Below are positions 42,683 through 53,705 of a DNA stretch of 53,705 nt, piece by piece (positions within the stretch are counted from its first letter, which is position 1; each line of letters begins with the position of its first letter). The notes under the pieces are model-generated. The model worked only from the letters and a program-made list of their open reading frames with translations. It searched no databases and was not told the origin of the DNA. The stretch spans positions 1 to 53,705 of the IMG/VR virus record IMGVR_UViG_3300032116_014300; one strand, 5' to 3'. The stretch comes from a virus (Duplodnaviria; Caudoviricetes). Both the position numbers and the translations under genes were made by a program.

Positions 42683-45496
42683 ATGGCAATTTTTCCATTT
42701 GGATTCAACGACGAACAATATATAAACTCACAAATTACGCCATCCGACGAGGACACACAGGTCGGTTCAGGAGCCGGTACTGGTATAGGTGGAGGAACGG
42801 GAATTCGTAGACCAATTCTTGACAATGAAGATACAACTAGTACTATAACTGACAGTACAGGAACCGGAACTGGTACTGGAACTGGTACTGGAACAGAAAC
42901 CGGAACTGGTACTGGAACAGGAACCGGCACTGGTACTGGAACAGGAACCGGAACCGGCACTGGTACTGGAACTGGTACTGGTACTGGAACAACCACGGTA
43001 AATAGAGGTTGTCAAGCAGATGATGAATGTCCACGGGGATTTTACTGTGATTTTACAACAACTACCGTAATTGGTGATGATTTAACTAACCAATACGGAT
43101 CATGTAAACAAACTCCGACTGAGGGTACTGGAACCGGCACTGGTACCGGAACCGGCACTGGTACCGGAACCGGCACTGGTACCGGAACCGGCACTGGCAG
43201 AACTGGTACTGGGGGAGAGGGAGAAAAAATTGCTTGTTGTGGCCCAATTACGGAATACAAATGTGTGCGAGGGTTTGCTGGTCCAGATTGTCCTCGTGGA
43301 AGTGGTGAATGTACACCAGGTGAAGACTGCGGTGCTCCTCCCAAATGTGATACCACAGTAAAAACAACAGCTTGTTCTAAAATATTAGGTGACGAATTTA
43401 GTGGAGTTGCGGTACAAACGATATCAATTGAAGGTAGTCCCGCAGGTTGCGTTGCAGCAGCAGCAAGTGATTGGAACACTGACGATTGTCAAAAAATAGA
43501 TACAAATACACCATGTAATACGGTTACCGAAACCGTGTCGTGTACAACCCTTATAAATGATGGTAAAACGTATTCTGGAAGTGCATCTAGAATAATATTA
43601 AAAACTATAAACGGACAACCAACACCTTCCGGGTGTACTATACCTGATACTTCCAGTGACTGGGACACTTCTGGCTGTAGAGTAGTGGCAACCGAGGAAT
43701 GCGAAACCACAACACAAACTATAGCTTGTACAAATATCGGAGCCAACTATGTTGCGGGAACGGCAACTAGAACCGTACTTAGGAAAATAGATGGAAACAA
43801 TACGCCTCGTGGGTGTAGTGCACCAACTGGTTTATCAAGTGACTGGGATGTTAGAAACTGTATAATAAAAGAAGATGACCCGCCCGACAATCGTCCACGA
43901 ATATGTGGCAGTACAACCAGAGTACCTCTTGAATCGTTGGCATTATACACCGAGTCAACGGACGCTGCGGGTGAGTGCCTGGTTAGACGACAATATAGAC
44001 TGTGTGGAACTTCAGAAAGTTCATTAGGCATTCCACCTGCCAACTTAGTACTTAGTAGTGATAATCTGGGTGCCTGTTACGGACCACCTCAACCACGATA
44101 TAGAATTTGTGGCTCTACAAATGAAATTGAAGGGACGCCACCAAGTTCTCTTGAAGAGGGACAGGATCAACGGGGCGTTTGTTATAGAACACCCATAACC
44201 CATCGTATCTGCGGAAATCCAGACGCGCAGAGTGGATATGCACCAGAAGGATACAGACAATCAACCGATCAATATGCAGGAACTTGTTATAGAGCACCTG
44301 AGTTTTGGCGACTGTGCGGAACAACGGAACGTCGAGAAGACCAAGTTCCATCTGGATATGAACAGTTCTCAGATAATTCTGGAGCTTGTTATGGTCCATA
44401 TTTTACTTATTGTAATTCTCCCGATATTAAAAATTTAGGAACAAGACCATCTGACGATAGATATGAGTTTGATACTCAACGATTCTGCTGGAAAGAAAAG
44501 GTTATAATTCCGCCACCAGAAGAAGTATGTGAATGTCATGTTGCATCTGGATATAACGGTACCGTAACGTATGTACCGTGTGGTGGAACGGTTCAACAAT
44601 ACACTACTATACAGCTTGTTGGTGTTGATGTTGGTTTTTGTGCAAGTGATAAATATGCAGTTCTTTCCAATGGTGGAACAGTAGTTAAAAACCTAAATAC
44701 AAATTGTAAAAATAAGCAATCAGTTTGTATAATAACACCGCCACCGGACCCAGAATATCGTATATGTGAAACTCGTGCAATAGTAAAGGGAACTCCGCCT
44801 GCAGACTTTGTTCAATCTACTGATAGATTTGAGGGAGTATGCTATAGACGTAACGTAATTGAAGAAAAAACATATCGTATATGTGGAGAACCTGCGTTAT
44901 TAAAAGGAACACCGCCTGCAGAATTAATTGAATCGCGAGATCAATATCCTGGCGTTTGTTATAAACCACGAGAAATTCCAATAACACATCGTATTTGTGG
45001 CGATCCACAGTTACGTAGTGGTGATCCACCAGAAAATTATGTACAAGATTCTGACCAATATGGCGTGTGTTTCAAGCCAGAACCAGAATGGCGTAGTTGT
45101 GTCGATGGTAAAGTATATAAGGGATTACCACCTGCTGAGTACAAGCAACTAGTATACCCAGGACCAGTCGGTGGAGTATGTTGGGAACCTGCAAGTATAG
45201 TCGGCTTTGAACCAAGTTTAGCAAATGCATTTAACTTTTTATACAAACGTGGTAGTGGAGATTATCCAACTGCTGTCCGAGCAACGGCAACTAACCCATC
45301 ATATGCAGCTTCATATAGGGTTACTATGAACACAAACAGTAAAATAAAACTAAATAATGGTGACGGTACTCTACAATTTTTACTACAACCGCGAAGTTCG
45401 TACGAATTTACAGTAAATGTTACTCCTGAATTATATGAACAACTTGGTGATGGATCTAGTAATCTATCACTTGACGTTGATATAACTGAATTATAA
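42683..45496 (+). CDS. Cys-rich multi-repeat protein with (GT)n linkers
   Basis: 937 aa; two GT tracts, three ~60 aa Cys repeats, ~10 RICG..G.PP..CY repeats. Confidence 0.85.
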   Translation: MAIFPFGFNDEQYINSQITPSDEDTQVGSGAGTGIGGGTGIRRPILDNEDTTSTITDSTGTGTGTGTGTGTETGTGTGTGTGTGTGTGTGTGTGTGTGTGTGTTTVNRGCQADDECPRGFYCDFTTTTVIGDDLTNQYGSCKQTPTEGTGTGTGTGTGTGTGTGTGTGTGTGRTGTGGEGEKIACCGPITEYKCVRGFAGPDCPRGSGECTPGEDCGAPPKCDTTVKTTACSKILGDEFSGVAVQTISIEGSPAGCVAAAASDWNTDDCQKIDTNTPCNTVTETVSCTTLINDGKTYSGSASRIILKTINGQPTPSGCTIPDTSSDWDTSGCRVVATEECETTTQTIACTNIGANYVAGTATRTVLRKIDGNNTPRGCSAPTGLSSDWDVRNCIIKEDDPPDNRPRICGSTTRVPLESLALYTESTDAAGECLVRRQYRLCGTSESSLGIPPANLVLSSDNLGACYGPPQPRYRICGSTNEIEGTPPSSLEEGQDQRGVCYRTPITHRICGNPDAQSGYAPEGYRQSTDQYAGTCYRAPEFWRLCGTTERREDQVPSGYEQFSDNSGACYGPYFTYCNSPDIKNLGTRPSDDRYEFDTQRFCWKEKVIIPPPEEVCECHVASGYNGTVTYVPCGGTVQQYTTIQLVGVDVGFCASDKYAVLSNGGTVVKNLNTNCKNKQSVCIITPPPDPEYRICETRAIVKGTPPADFVQSTDRFEGVCYRRNVIEEKTYRICGEPALLKGTPPAELIESRDQYPGVCYKPREIPITHRICGDPQLRSGDPPENYVQDSDQYGVCFKPEPEWRSCVDGKVYKGLPPAEYKQLVYPGPVGGVCWEPASIVGFEPSLANAFNFLYKRGSGDYPTAVRATATNPSYAASYRVTMNTNSKIKLNNGDGTLQFLLQPRSSYEFTVNVTPELYEQLGDGSSNLSLDVDITEL
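42856..42990 (+). repeat. hexanucleotide tandem repeat encoding (Gly-Thr)n
   Basis: GGNACN repeats with synonymous variation. Confidence 0.9.
43122..43213 (+). repeat. second (Gly-Thr)n tract with 18-nt unit GGAACCGGCACTGGTACC
   Basis: Near-perfect 18-mer tandem copies. Confidence 0.9.
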
Positions 45497-45497
45497 C

Positions 45498-46007
45498 ATG
45501 CCAATACGAAATTATGTTACGGGTGATGTTCCCTACTTAACTTCATATGAACCGTTTACGTTACCGAATGGCATAACGCAAGTGGACTTCATAAGTCAAA
45601 TGATTTCGTATAATTTACAACCGTTAAAAACTCCAACCGAAATAACATATTTTATTGGTGCAGAAAATTCTTATGTTACAACGTTAGAAATAAAAAATTT
45701 GACGGATAATGTAACATTGACTGGAACTATAACGTTTAACAAAGACGTATTTGTTATATACGACGAATTTAATAGATATATAGACGGAATAGATAGAGTA
45801 GAGTTTTCCTTAGAACCAGAAAAAATTGAATCATTTAAGATTGAAGTTAATAAAAAAATATTGAACAGTGTAATTTTAAATACACCACTTAATACGTTGA
45901 TTAATATCACTATCAAAAATGTTACGACAAACGGATTAACGCTCAAAAAAATAAATCAATCTTCTTTGGCAGAAAGCACGTTCCCACAAAATATAACCGT
46001 AAAATAA
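45498..46007 (+). CDS. hypothetical Ig-like structural protein
   Basis: Beta-rich; LEIKNLT, FSLEPEK. Confidence 0.7.
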   Translation: MPIRNYVTGDVPYLTSYEPFTLPNGITQVDFISQMISYNLQPLKTPTEITYFIGAENSYVTTLEIKNLTDNVTLTGTITFNKDVFVIYDEFNRYIDGIDRVEFSLEPEKIESFKIEVNKKILNSVILNTPLNTLINITIKNVTTNGLTLKKINQSSLAESTFPQNITVK

Positions 46008-46010
46008 ACA

Positions 46011-49000
46011 ATGTCAGAAAAGATAAATTTAAAAATTACATTTCCGATAAAAGTTCAAATTGTACCGATACAAAAACCCGTAGGATTGCGTGCTCCTATT
46101 AATGTACAAATAACTCCAACACCTACAGTAGAACAAATACTGGATGTTAATTATAACTTTACCATTAACACCGTACCAATTGAAGTTAATATATCCGAGC
46201 CATTAATAGTAACTGCATTTGATTTCTTAAACACCGCATTAAATACATACGTTGACGAAGATCGTACTCTAAAAACACTATTAAATTACGGCGAAGATCG
46301 TCAATCTGTGGTTTTAAATTATAGATATGGTCCGTTGGATATAGCGGGACTAAGAACAATTCAGTTAAAATTACTACAACCTGTTCCCTCTGATATAGCA
46401 CCTACAACGCCCGTATTTTTATCCAGAGAAGTTGCAAAGAGTACTATTGATAAAGTTAGAGTAAGATTTGCTCCTCCTATTGATACCACACCATACCTTC
46501 GTCCAAAAAATACAGCAGTAAACACTGACGTGGAATTAGGAAAAACGGTGCGAAACGTTACATTAAATCGTCTCGCACTAAAAACAGGATCGGTGGGATC
46601 TGACGACGTTTATAAAAACAAAACGTTTGAAGACGAAATATTTAGACAGTGGTACTCATACGATTTTAATTCATCTGAATTAAACATAGACTTTACTAAT
46701 TATAGTAATTTTATATTTTATGGATCTGCTGCAATGCGATTAGCGGCGTTCAGAGAAAAAATAATAAAGTTAGAAAGTATAGATAAAAATAGATTACAAT
46801 TTTTATCATCATCAACGTATACAAATCTTACCGCATCTGTCGGATATAATTTCGTTCAAGAAAAAACGGCAGAATACGCAAAGGAAAAAGAAAATGTAAT
46901 AAGATCGTTTGATAGATACGAACAGTATTTGTATTTCACACCATCCGGTTCTAATAGTGCATATAGTGCTTCTTTTGTATATGCGGACACGGGCACAGAG
47001 TATAATAATATTGGATACTGGCCCAAGACGGTATCAGGAAGTATACACTCAGTTTACAGTACAGAGGCGGTAAACTGGTATTCTACACAGAGTTTAATTG
47101 CCCAAAGATTTGATGAGTTTAATGAAAACAATTTAATCAATACTATACCAACGCACATACGTGAAGATGATAGTAATTCTGCATACATTACCTTTGTGTC
47201 AATGGTCGGACACTTTTTTGATCTCATTAAACCATATATTGACCACATGTCAGATGTGTGGAGTCGTAATTTAAATCCAAACACGGAATTATCAAAAGAT
47301 TTAATTAATGAAATTGTAGAATCCGTTGGATTTAAATTGCCTACGTTGTATTCTACATTTGATCTGACAAATAATATTTTGGGAACAAATGATCAAACTC
47401 CTCGTAGAGATTTGGTGGCAGAAATTTACAAACGACTGTTACACAACTTACCATTTTTTACCAAGGCGAAAGGAACAAAAACTGCATTACAAACATTCAT
47501 AAAATCATTTGGAATAACACCACAAATTTTTGATGTTAAAGAGATAGGAGCTCCTGTAACTAGTTCATATTATGTGTTTGATGAATTTACGCAAGGATTG
47601 GATTTTGACGAAACTAAAATAGCCTACGTTATTTTACCGTTCTATCTAGGTTCTAAAACATTACAGTTTAATTGTAGTGTTGCAAAAAGTAAACAAATGA
47701 CTGTTCTAGTGGGTGATAATAAATGGGCATTAAATGTCGTTCCGCATCCATCAAATAAAACGTTGGGACGATTTGAATTAGCATCCGGTAGTGCTCATAT
47801 ACCAATTTTAAGTAGTAGTTATCAAGAAATCTTCGGAGATGAATTACTTAATGTAGCAATTAAAGTAAATGCTGGATATGCAAGTTTGTATGTAACGCAA
47901 GTAGAAGGAGAAGACATACTACATACATCGGCAATGTCGGAGAACAGTGCATTTGCTTCTTTATGGAATACTACTTCTATTCTGTATTTTGGAGGAGGTA
48001 CATCAATCAGCGTTGGTAATTTTGATGGTACATTAGACGAAATGCGGTTATGGAGTGACGCATTGTCCGATGAAACTATTTTGAACACAGCGTTTGACCC
48101 AGGATCAAATGCAGGTGATACGTACGATGCTGCGTCAGATAAATTGTTGATACAACTTTCGTTTAACAAGTTAAATTCTGATCTACTTGTAGCATCTTCA
48201 TCCCTTGTAAACGAAAGTCCATACAAAGATAAAACTTTAAATAACATAGATACGGTTCTCACATATAACATATCCGAATCGGATTTTTCACGGTATAATC
48301 GTACGGTTAGACAGGAAATGATGAACGTAGGATCATCGGGTATATTGACAAGTAAAATTAAAGTAGCGCCACCACCGGTGTTTATAGACGCATCACAGGG
48401 AAACAGATTATACAGAACAAAAAGTATAGTTAAACCTGAACAGAAAAAACTACAACGTGGACGTAATAAGATTATACTAACTGCGTCCCCAACGGAAATA
48501 GTAAATCAAAATATTATTCGTAATTTTGGATTGGAAAATATTAATGCAGTATTGGGTTCTCCAACCACGTTGTACACTACATTCGAAAAATCATTACAGA
48601 CATTAAAGCAACATTATCAACAATATTATTATGTGAGTGTGGATCCAAATAAATTTATCAGAATTCTTTCCGAGTTTGGATCTATTTTGAATCAATCTAT
48701 TGATTATTTTATTCCATCAAAGGCAACTATACTAAGTGGAATAACAATAGAACAAAATATTCTTGAACAAGTAAAAATTCCACCTTTGAAAAATATCAAA
48801 GTTTATGGAAAAGATACTAGACGTACATTGAACGCCGCGGCCTCTCTTACGCAAAGTAGAGCAGACTATGGCGCTACATTTAATCTATCTCAGACCGTGG
48901 AGGCGACCAATGATGCTGATGCACTGGGTAATTTAAATTCAATAAATTCAAATATTCAAGATATCGGATTTATAGAAATTGGAGGTGGATACCTTAATAA

Positions 49001-50711
49001 ATCTGGATCATTGGTGGTAGATACTTCACTAGAAGGTAAAAATGAAAGACTGTCGGGAATATTAGACCCAAACAAACCAGTACCAGACGCACAGTATCTG
49101 CCGGCAAAGGGCGAGTTAAAAATTGTAAGTGATAATACCGGTAGTTTTGATTACTATAAAACGGCGCTTCCAATAAGAATGGAATCCAGTGCAAGTTATC
49201 AAACTTGGGTAACCGAGCTAGTTCCTATTATAGAATCAACTGGAAGTTATTCCACTGTTACCGCACAACTAGTTCCGAATTATGAAGTTGCCTCAAACGT
49301 GACTACGTACAATATAAAACATGAACAGTGGAACTCTAAACAATTCTGGCAAATTGAACAGTATGGCACGGGATCACCATTGCCTGCAAAACAATCAAGT
49401 GCAGAAACATATGTGGACAATTTAAATAAAATAAAATACGATGATACTAATCTAGGAAATGAAGGAGCGGAACCGTATAATAGACTATATAGTAGAAAAT
49501 TATTTGAGACAGAAATAAATAATAATAGAGATGGTGGACTTACAAGCATGTACATTCCCGCATTGTATGACATACCACCCTCCGCAGATTTTACTGATTC
49601 TGGAGTATATACATATTTCAATAATTCTACTGGCGTTTATTATTTTGAAGAATTATTCAAAACACCTGCATATCAAAAACCATTAAATGCATCCTGGGAT
49701 GTGACAAATCAAACATTTATAGGGGCAACTACGTGGTCGTATGAAGAAAAATATAATATATATGATGTAGTCTACCAACAAGTAACAAGTAATGATAATA
49801 ATACGCTGGGAACTTCTATAGTTAAATCTGCTCGTGCAGGTAACAATCTATACTATGCTTTCAAAACACGACCAGCATACAGAGCACCTACAAATAATAC
49901 CGCATTTTATACAGGAAGTGTTCCTTCATATTTACCCCCGTCGTTGGATAAAGAGAACTGGGAAATCATAAGATTTACTCCAAGTGTAAAACGTATTACT
50001 AAACGAGTAATATTTGATGTGTTTAAAACACCAAATCCAGACGATAATAATTTTAGAACAACAACGGCGCCTGTAGAGACTAGAATTGATATTCCAGATA
50101 GATATGTTGATATTTATCCATTAACTGCAGTTGGTGCAGGATCATATGTAACTGGTGAAATCTTAGTACAAAATATTGCCACGTTATTGGCAATGCAATT
50201 AAATGTGGATAATATTCGGGTACGACTATACAGAACTTCTACGGATCGTGATGCGGATATATTAAGATCGGCAGAAACCAAACCTACGGGGTCACATGGC
50301 GTTCTTTTAGATACTACAATTAATGTAGCAAATGTTGCAACGTTAATTAATCCCGTGATCAATTTAGTGGCAGGTTCAACACCTACTGCGGGTAAACTAT
50401 TTTATACTATAAATAATTTAAACCCCGTATCAAAGTTGGGAATAACAATGACGTTGTTATATTTTGCATTAGAAATTAATCCAAGAATTCCTTCCGGTTA
50501 CTTACCGAAACATTATAAATTCTTTAGAAGTAATTCTACTGCTACAAAACGTAGTAATTATGTTGGGTGTAAAAATACGAAAAGTACGACTATTGACGGA
50601 CAAGAACCAATACAAATTTTCTTGAGCGAAGGCGTAGATCTACGAGTAGCACCATCAATAGTAAACGAAGAAATTATCACCGGCGGTGGCGGAATATTAG
50701 ACGCAACGTAA
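46011..50711 (+). CDS. large virion protein (baseplate wedge-like with LamG-like domain)
   Basis: 1566 aa; KAKGTKTAL; FDGTLDEMRLWSDALS. Confidence 0.8.
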   Translation: MSEKINLKITFPIKVQIVPIQKPVGLRAPINVQITPTPTVEQILDVNYNFTINTVPIEVNISEPLIVTAFDFLNTALNTYVDEDRTLKTLLNYGEDRQSVVLNYRYGPLDIAGLRTIQLKLLQPVPSDIAPTTPVFLSREVAKSTIDKVRVRFAPPIDTTPYLRPKNTAVNTDVELGKTVRNVTLNRLALKTGSVGSDDVYKNKTFEDEIFRQWYSYDFNSSELNIDFTNYSNFIFYGSAAMRLAAFREKIIKLESIDKNRLQFLSSSTYTNLTASVGYNFVQEKTAEYAKEKENVIRSFDRYEQYLYFTPSGSNSAYSASFVYADTGTEYNNIGYWPKTVSGSIHSVYSTEAVNWYSTQSLIAQRFDEFNENNLINTIPTHIREDDSNSAYITFVSMVGHFFDLIKPYIDHMSDVWSRNLNPNTELSKDLINEIVESVGFKLPTLYSTFDLTNNILGTNDQTPRRDLVAEIYKRLLHNLPFFTKAKGTKTALQTFIKSFGITPQIFDVKEIGAPVTSSYYVFDEFTQGLDFDETKIAYVILPFYLGSKTLQFNCSVAKSKQMTVLVGDNKWALNVVPHPSNKTLGRFELASGSAHIPILSSSYQEIFGDELLNVAIKVNAGYASLYVTQVEGEDILHTSAMSENSAFASLWNTTSILYFGGGTSISVGNFDGTLDEMRLWSDALSDETILNTAFDPGSNAGDTYDAASDKLLIQLSFNKLNSDLLVASSSLVNESPYKDKTLNNIDTVLTYNISESDFSRYNRTVRQEMMNVGSSGILTSKIKVAPPPVFIDASQGNRLYRTKSIVKPEQKKLQRGRNKIILTASPTEIVNQNIIRNFGLENINAVLGSPTTLYTTFEKSLQTLKQHYQQYYYVSVDPNKFIRILSEFGSILNQSIDYFIPSKATILSGITIEQNILEQVKIPPLKNIKVYGKDTRRTLNAAASLTQSRADYGATFNLSQTVEATNDADALGNLNSINSNIQDIGFIEIGGGYLNKSGSLVVDTSLEGKNERLSGILDPNKPVPDAQYLPAKGELKIVSDNTGSFDYYKTALPIRMESSASYQTWVTELVPIIESTGSYSTVTAQLVPNYEVASNVTTYNIKHEQWNSKQFWQIEQYGTGSPLPAKQSSAETYVDNLNKIKYDDTNLGNEGAEPYNRLYSRKLFETEINNNRDGGLTSMYIPALYDIPPSADFTDSGVYTYFNNSTGVYYFEELFKTPAYQKPLNASWDVTNQTFIGATTWSYEEKYNIYDVVYQQVTSNDNNTLGTSIVKSARAGNNLYYAFKTRPAYRAPTNNTAFYTGSVPSYLPPSLDKENWEIIRFTPSVKRITKRVIFDVFKTPNPDDNNFRTTTAPVETRIDIPDRYVDIYPLTAVGAGSYVTGEILVQNIATLLAMQLNVDNIRVRLYRTSTDRDADILRSAETKPTGSHGVLLDTTINVANVATLINPVINLVAGSTPTAGKLFYTINNLNPVSKLGITMTLLYFALEINPRIPSGYLPKHYKFFRSNSTATKRSNYVGCKNTKSTTIDGQEPIQIFLSEGVDLRVAPSIVNEEIITGGGGILDAT

Positions 50712-50768
50712 TAAAACGTAGTAAACTATATATTTATATTAGACCTCTTCTATTTGGAGTAAAATTTT

Positions 50769-51407
50769 ATGGGATATTTAAATAAGGCAACGGTCACCGT
50801 TGACGCAATTTTGACAAAAAAGGGACGAGAATTGCTGGCGCGAGGACGTTCCGCGTTTAACATCACCCAATTTGCGGTCGCAGACGACGAAATTGATTAT
50901 GGACTATACGATCCAGCACATCCATTGGGAACAGAATATTACGGTTCAGCAATTGAAAACATGCCAATCGTAGAAGCATCTACCGACGAAACACAAAATC
51001 TTCGGTATAAACTAGTAACATTGACGAGAGGAACCAACCTGATTCCGACCATCCAAACAGGCATTTCTTCAATACAACTAACATTCAGCAATACACAAAA
51101 TCCAGTAACTACTATTACTCCAACAACAAGTCAAGGACTAAATGCGCTTCCATTCGGCTATACAGCAATTTTATATGATCGTGAAGCGGCAATTTTAACA
51201 AGTAATGGACTACCGGGAACTGCTACCGTGCCAACATTCTTGGGAGACTCGGTATCACAAAACGCAATTGTCGTTCGTGGTACGATTTTTACGATTTCAC
51301 CGAGAGATGTAAATTCAGTAACACAGACACAATTGGTAATTGTTGGAAATCAAACTGGTGCATCGGTAACGATTCCGGTAACAATCAATCCAGCCACCAT
51401 AATTTAA
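50769..51407 (+). CDS. virion structural protein
   Basis: DAILTKKGRELLA, FAVADDEIDY; GGAG RBS. Confidence 0.8.
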   Translation: MGYLNKATVTVDAILTKKGRELLARGRSAFNITQFAVADDEIDYGLYDPAHPLGTEYYGSAIENMPIVEASTDETQNLRYKLVTLTRGTNLIPTIQTGISSIQLTFSNTQNPVTTITPTTSQGLNALPFGYTAILYDREAAILTSNGLPGTATVPTFLGDSVSQNAIVVRGTIFTISPRDVNSVTQTQLVIVGNQTGASVTIPVTINPATII

Positions 51408-51426
51408 TACATAGGAAGAATATATT

Positions 51427-52614
51427 ATGAGTATTTATAATCAATTTACAGACGACGATCTAGTATCAGCAAATCCTACAGTAGTCACAACAGGATTATG
51501 GTCTGGAGATACAGGATCGTTAGCATCAACCCTATGGCTAGGTACGGCGGCTGGTCAACAAGTACCGATTAGCGGTGAATATTATTTAGACGTATTTGAT
51601 AAACGTCCTGATACCGACCCAACTGCGGAAGTACAATTTTCTGTAACCTATGGTCACATAAATGGCGGTGGTTCGCCGACGTTAGACGATAATGATCTGT
51701 CCACATTGTCAACGCAGGCAATTTATAGTCAATATAGAAATTTATTATTGGACCCATCGGATACAAAATTTACATTTAACAATGTAGAATCTGACCACAT
51801 TTTTGTAATTAATTTTCAACGTTCTAGAATAAGAGAGCAACTGGATCCTGGTAACTGGGAACTCCCATTGTCAGGAACAAAGGGTATTAGTACATTCATC
51901 GATGATAGTGGTCAAACATTAGGTGCATTGACAGCAAACAGTAAGGCCGGTCGTGTGTTTAATGTTGTGTCTGGAGCACTGGACATATTAACGGGTTCAG
52001 TAGTACATAGTTCTGGTTCTACCAACGGTGGTGGATACGGATTGATATATCCCGATCTCGGTATTATTGTATTAAACCCAAATGCAATTGGTCCTACGGT
52101 TGGATTTGTAGCAACGGGGTCATCAAACGAGGGTAGCGGTTCAGCGAATATTACGGTTACAACACCATTTTATTCAAGTACTGATTTTAATACCGGCACA
52201 ACTAGCGTAACGGCAGTATATGCACCTGTAACACACTCTGCGGTCGTTTGGGGTACTAAAAAATCTGCGTATAACCATACAGCACTATTTAATTCAATAA
52301 AAGGCGCCACTGCAGCAACAGGTACTCCTTCGGGTTCTGCATTTAAAGCACGTTCGGCAGAAACCATTTCTTCTACACACTATTTTGTACGTCTTAGAAA
52401 TAAGGAATTCAATTATTCAAACAACCCCACGTTCTATAATCCAGATACGGGAGTACTAACCAATCCAGATTTCCGTAATGATCCGCGAGTATACGTCACT
52501 ACAGTGGGATTGTATAATAGTCAGAACGAATTACTCGCCGTTGCAAAGTTGAGTAAGCCGGTGCGGAAGAGCTTCGATGAGGAAGTTTTGTTGAGGGTAA
52601 GATTAGATTTTTGA
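51427..52614 (+). CDS. virion structural protein (baseplate/tail-associated)
   Basis: YVTTVGLYNSQNELLAVAKLSKP..VRLDF. Confidence 0.8.
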   Translation: MSIYNQFTDDDLVSANPTVVTTGLWSGDTGSLASTLWLGTAAGQQVPISGEYYLDVFDKRPDTDPTAEVQFSVTYGHINGGGSPTLDDNDLSTLSTQAIYSQYRNLLLDPSDTKFTFNNVESDHIFVINFQRSRIREQLDPGNWELPLSGTKGISTFIDDSGQTLGALTANSKAGRVFNVVSGALDILTGSVVHSSGSTNGGGYGLIYPDLGIIVLNPNAIGPTVGFVATGSSNEGSGSANITVTTPFYSSTDFNTGTTSVTAVYAPVTHSAVVWGTKKSAYNHTALFNSIKGATAATGTPSGSAFKARSAETISSTHYFVRLRNKEFNYSNNPTFYNPDTGVLTNPDFRNDPRVYVTTVGLYNSQNELLAVAKLSKPVRKSFDEEVLLRVRLDF

Positions 52615-52647
52615 CGGAGAGTAAATAATAAGTGAACGTTTGGAAAT

Positions 52648-52690
52648 AATGTCCCCTATTTATATATAGAACGTATAAATAGGGGACATT
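52648..52690 (+). promoter_or_regulatory. 17-bp inverted repeat sequestering the endonuclease RBS
   Basis: AATGTCCCCTATTTATA / TATAAATAGGGGACATT, 3 nt before ATG. Confidence 0.75.
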
Positions 52691-52693
52691 ACT

Positions 52694-53584
52694 ATGACTA
52701 CACCTGAGCAAAAAGAACGTTATAAACTAAAAGCACGAGAAAAAAGAGCAAAATTACGTAAACAAACCGATTCTGATATAACTTGTAGACTATGTAATTT
52801 ATCAATAAATCCGAAAGGGATGTCTATACATGTGAAAAATGTACATACGTTAGAATTTACCGTATATTTAGATCAATATCTATCCGATTTTTCTGCGCTT
52901 GGTTGGATACAATGTTCCGTATGTAAAAAAATTACCAAAGGTACAACTTGTTCAAGAAAGTGCATGGGCGTATTATACAAAGAAACTTATAGTGGACGAG
53001 AACCGTGGAATAAAAATTTAACTAAAGAAACCAACGAAAGTTTACGACAAATGGGCCAATCCATAAGTAAACGCAACACAGGTAACCCAAAAATAATGGG
53101 AACAAACAATCCAGCCAAACGAACGGAAGTTCGTGAAAAAATTTCAAAAACACGAATAGAACGTGGTGTTGCAAAAGGTCACAACAATCCCATGTTCGGA
53201 AAAGCGCACACCGAAGAAGCATTGAGAAAAATTTTTGATAAACGTTCCATGACTAGACCGGAACAGCAACTCAAAGAAATTTTAGAAGAATTGCATATTA
53301 CTTATAAATCACAATTTTTTATTAACACGGGTGACCGCACTTTTTCGTACGACTTCTACCTACCAGATCATAATATTATCATTGAGGTTGATGGGGATTA
53401 TTGGCATGGCGGACCAGGAGTATCAAAATATTGGCATGGCGTAGAAGTCACCAAAGAAACGGATATTCTGAAAGATAGTGTTGCTCAAGAACGTGGATAT
53501 ACTATAATTCGTTTATGGGAAAGTCAACTAAATACTGACAAAAAACTAATTATTGATATACTTCAATCCGTACTACACACATGA
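52694..53584 (+). CDS. homing endonuclease (Zn finger, NUMOD3, DUF559/Vsr-like nuclease)
   Basis: PWNKNLTKET, NPMFGKAHTEE, YDFYLP..IIEVDGDYWH, IRLWE. Confidence 0.88.
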   Translation: MTTPEQKERYKLKAREKRAKLRKQTDSDITCRLCNLSINPKGMSIHVKNVHTLEFTVYLDQYLSDFSALGWIQCSVCKKITKGTTCSRKCMGVLYKETYSGREPWNKNLTKETNESLRQMGQSISKRNTGNPKIMGTNNPAKRTEVREKISKTRIERGVAKGHNNPMFGKAHTEEALRKIFDKRSMTRPEQQLKEILEELHITYKSQFFINTGDRTFSYDFYLPDHNIIIEVDGDYWHGGPGVSKYWHGVEVTKETDILKDSVAQERGYTIIRLWESQLNTDKKLIIDILQSVLHT

Positions 53585-53705
53585 AAACATTTGGTACACT
53601 TGACGCAAAAGATTACAACGTAGAAGAAATGTATACATCTGCGCCTATGTCGTGGGAGTTAGTTTCTTCTTCAAACGGTGTTCAAGTAACTTCCCCCGCC
53701 GATTT
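53581..53705 (+). CDS. partial CDS running off the window
   Basis: ATGA overlap; open frame MKTFGTLDAKDY.. to the end. Confidence 0.55.
   Translation, partial: MKTFGTLDAKDYNVEEMYTSAPMSWELVSSSNGVQVTSPAD

Noticed and set aside
42658-43479. Minus-strand (VP)n and other low-complexity ORFs
   Set aside because: Reverse or alternate frames of the (Gly-Thr)n tracts
42856-45200. CRISPR array or DGR repeats
   Set aside because: Repeats are in-frame coding units with synonymous divergence; no constant repeat-spacer pattern, no cas genes and no reverse transcriptase in the window
1-53705. Bacterial chromosome or integrated prophage
   Set aside because: No ribosomal or core genes, integrase or att junction seen; host-like genes are scattered among phage genes

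Overview
Fragment of a large, T4-like/myovirus-type dsDNA bacteriophage genome. No ribosomal or core cellular genes are present. Left arm (1-22.5 kb, mostly minus strand): a GC-richer cluster of tiny genes, several with their own strong sigma70-type promoter; a gp55-like sigma factor; a putative type II R-M pair; a PEP-CTERM protein; auxiliary metabolic genes; a MoxR-AAA/vWA pair; a lysis/membrane cluster; and 25 CCA-less tRNA genes interspersed with several structured non-tRNA RNA candidates. Right arm (22.6-53.7 kb, plus strand): GreA, tmRNA, HNH, HD hydrolase, Hsp20, UvsE, a glycosyltransferase, a divergent IMPDH/GMPR, a second gp55-like sigma factor, baseplate/structural genes (gp5-, gp25- and gp6-like, plus a Cys-rich repeat protein) and a homing endonuclease. 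The most unusual element is the RNA complement: tRNA-Ser(ACU), tRNA-Ile(UAU), Cys and Thr tRNAs with long variable regions, a short-arm Leu tRNA, tRNAs with rewired T-loops, a tRNA mimic with no anticodon loop, and several unassigned structured RNAs. All calls come from manual reading and folding of the sequence. No database search was run.
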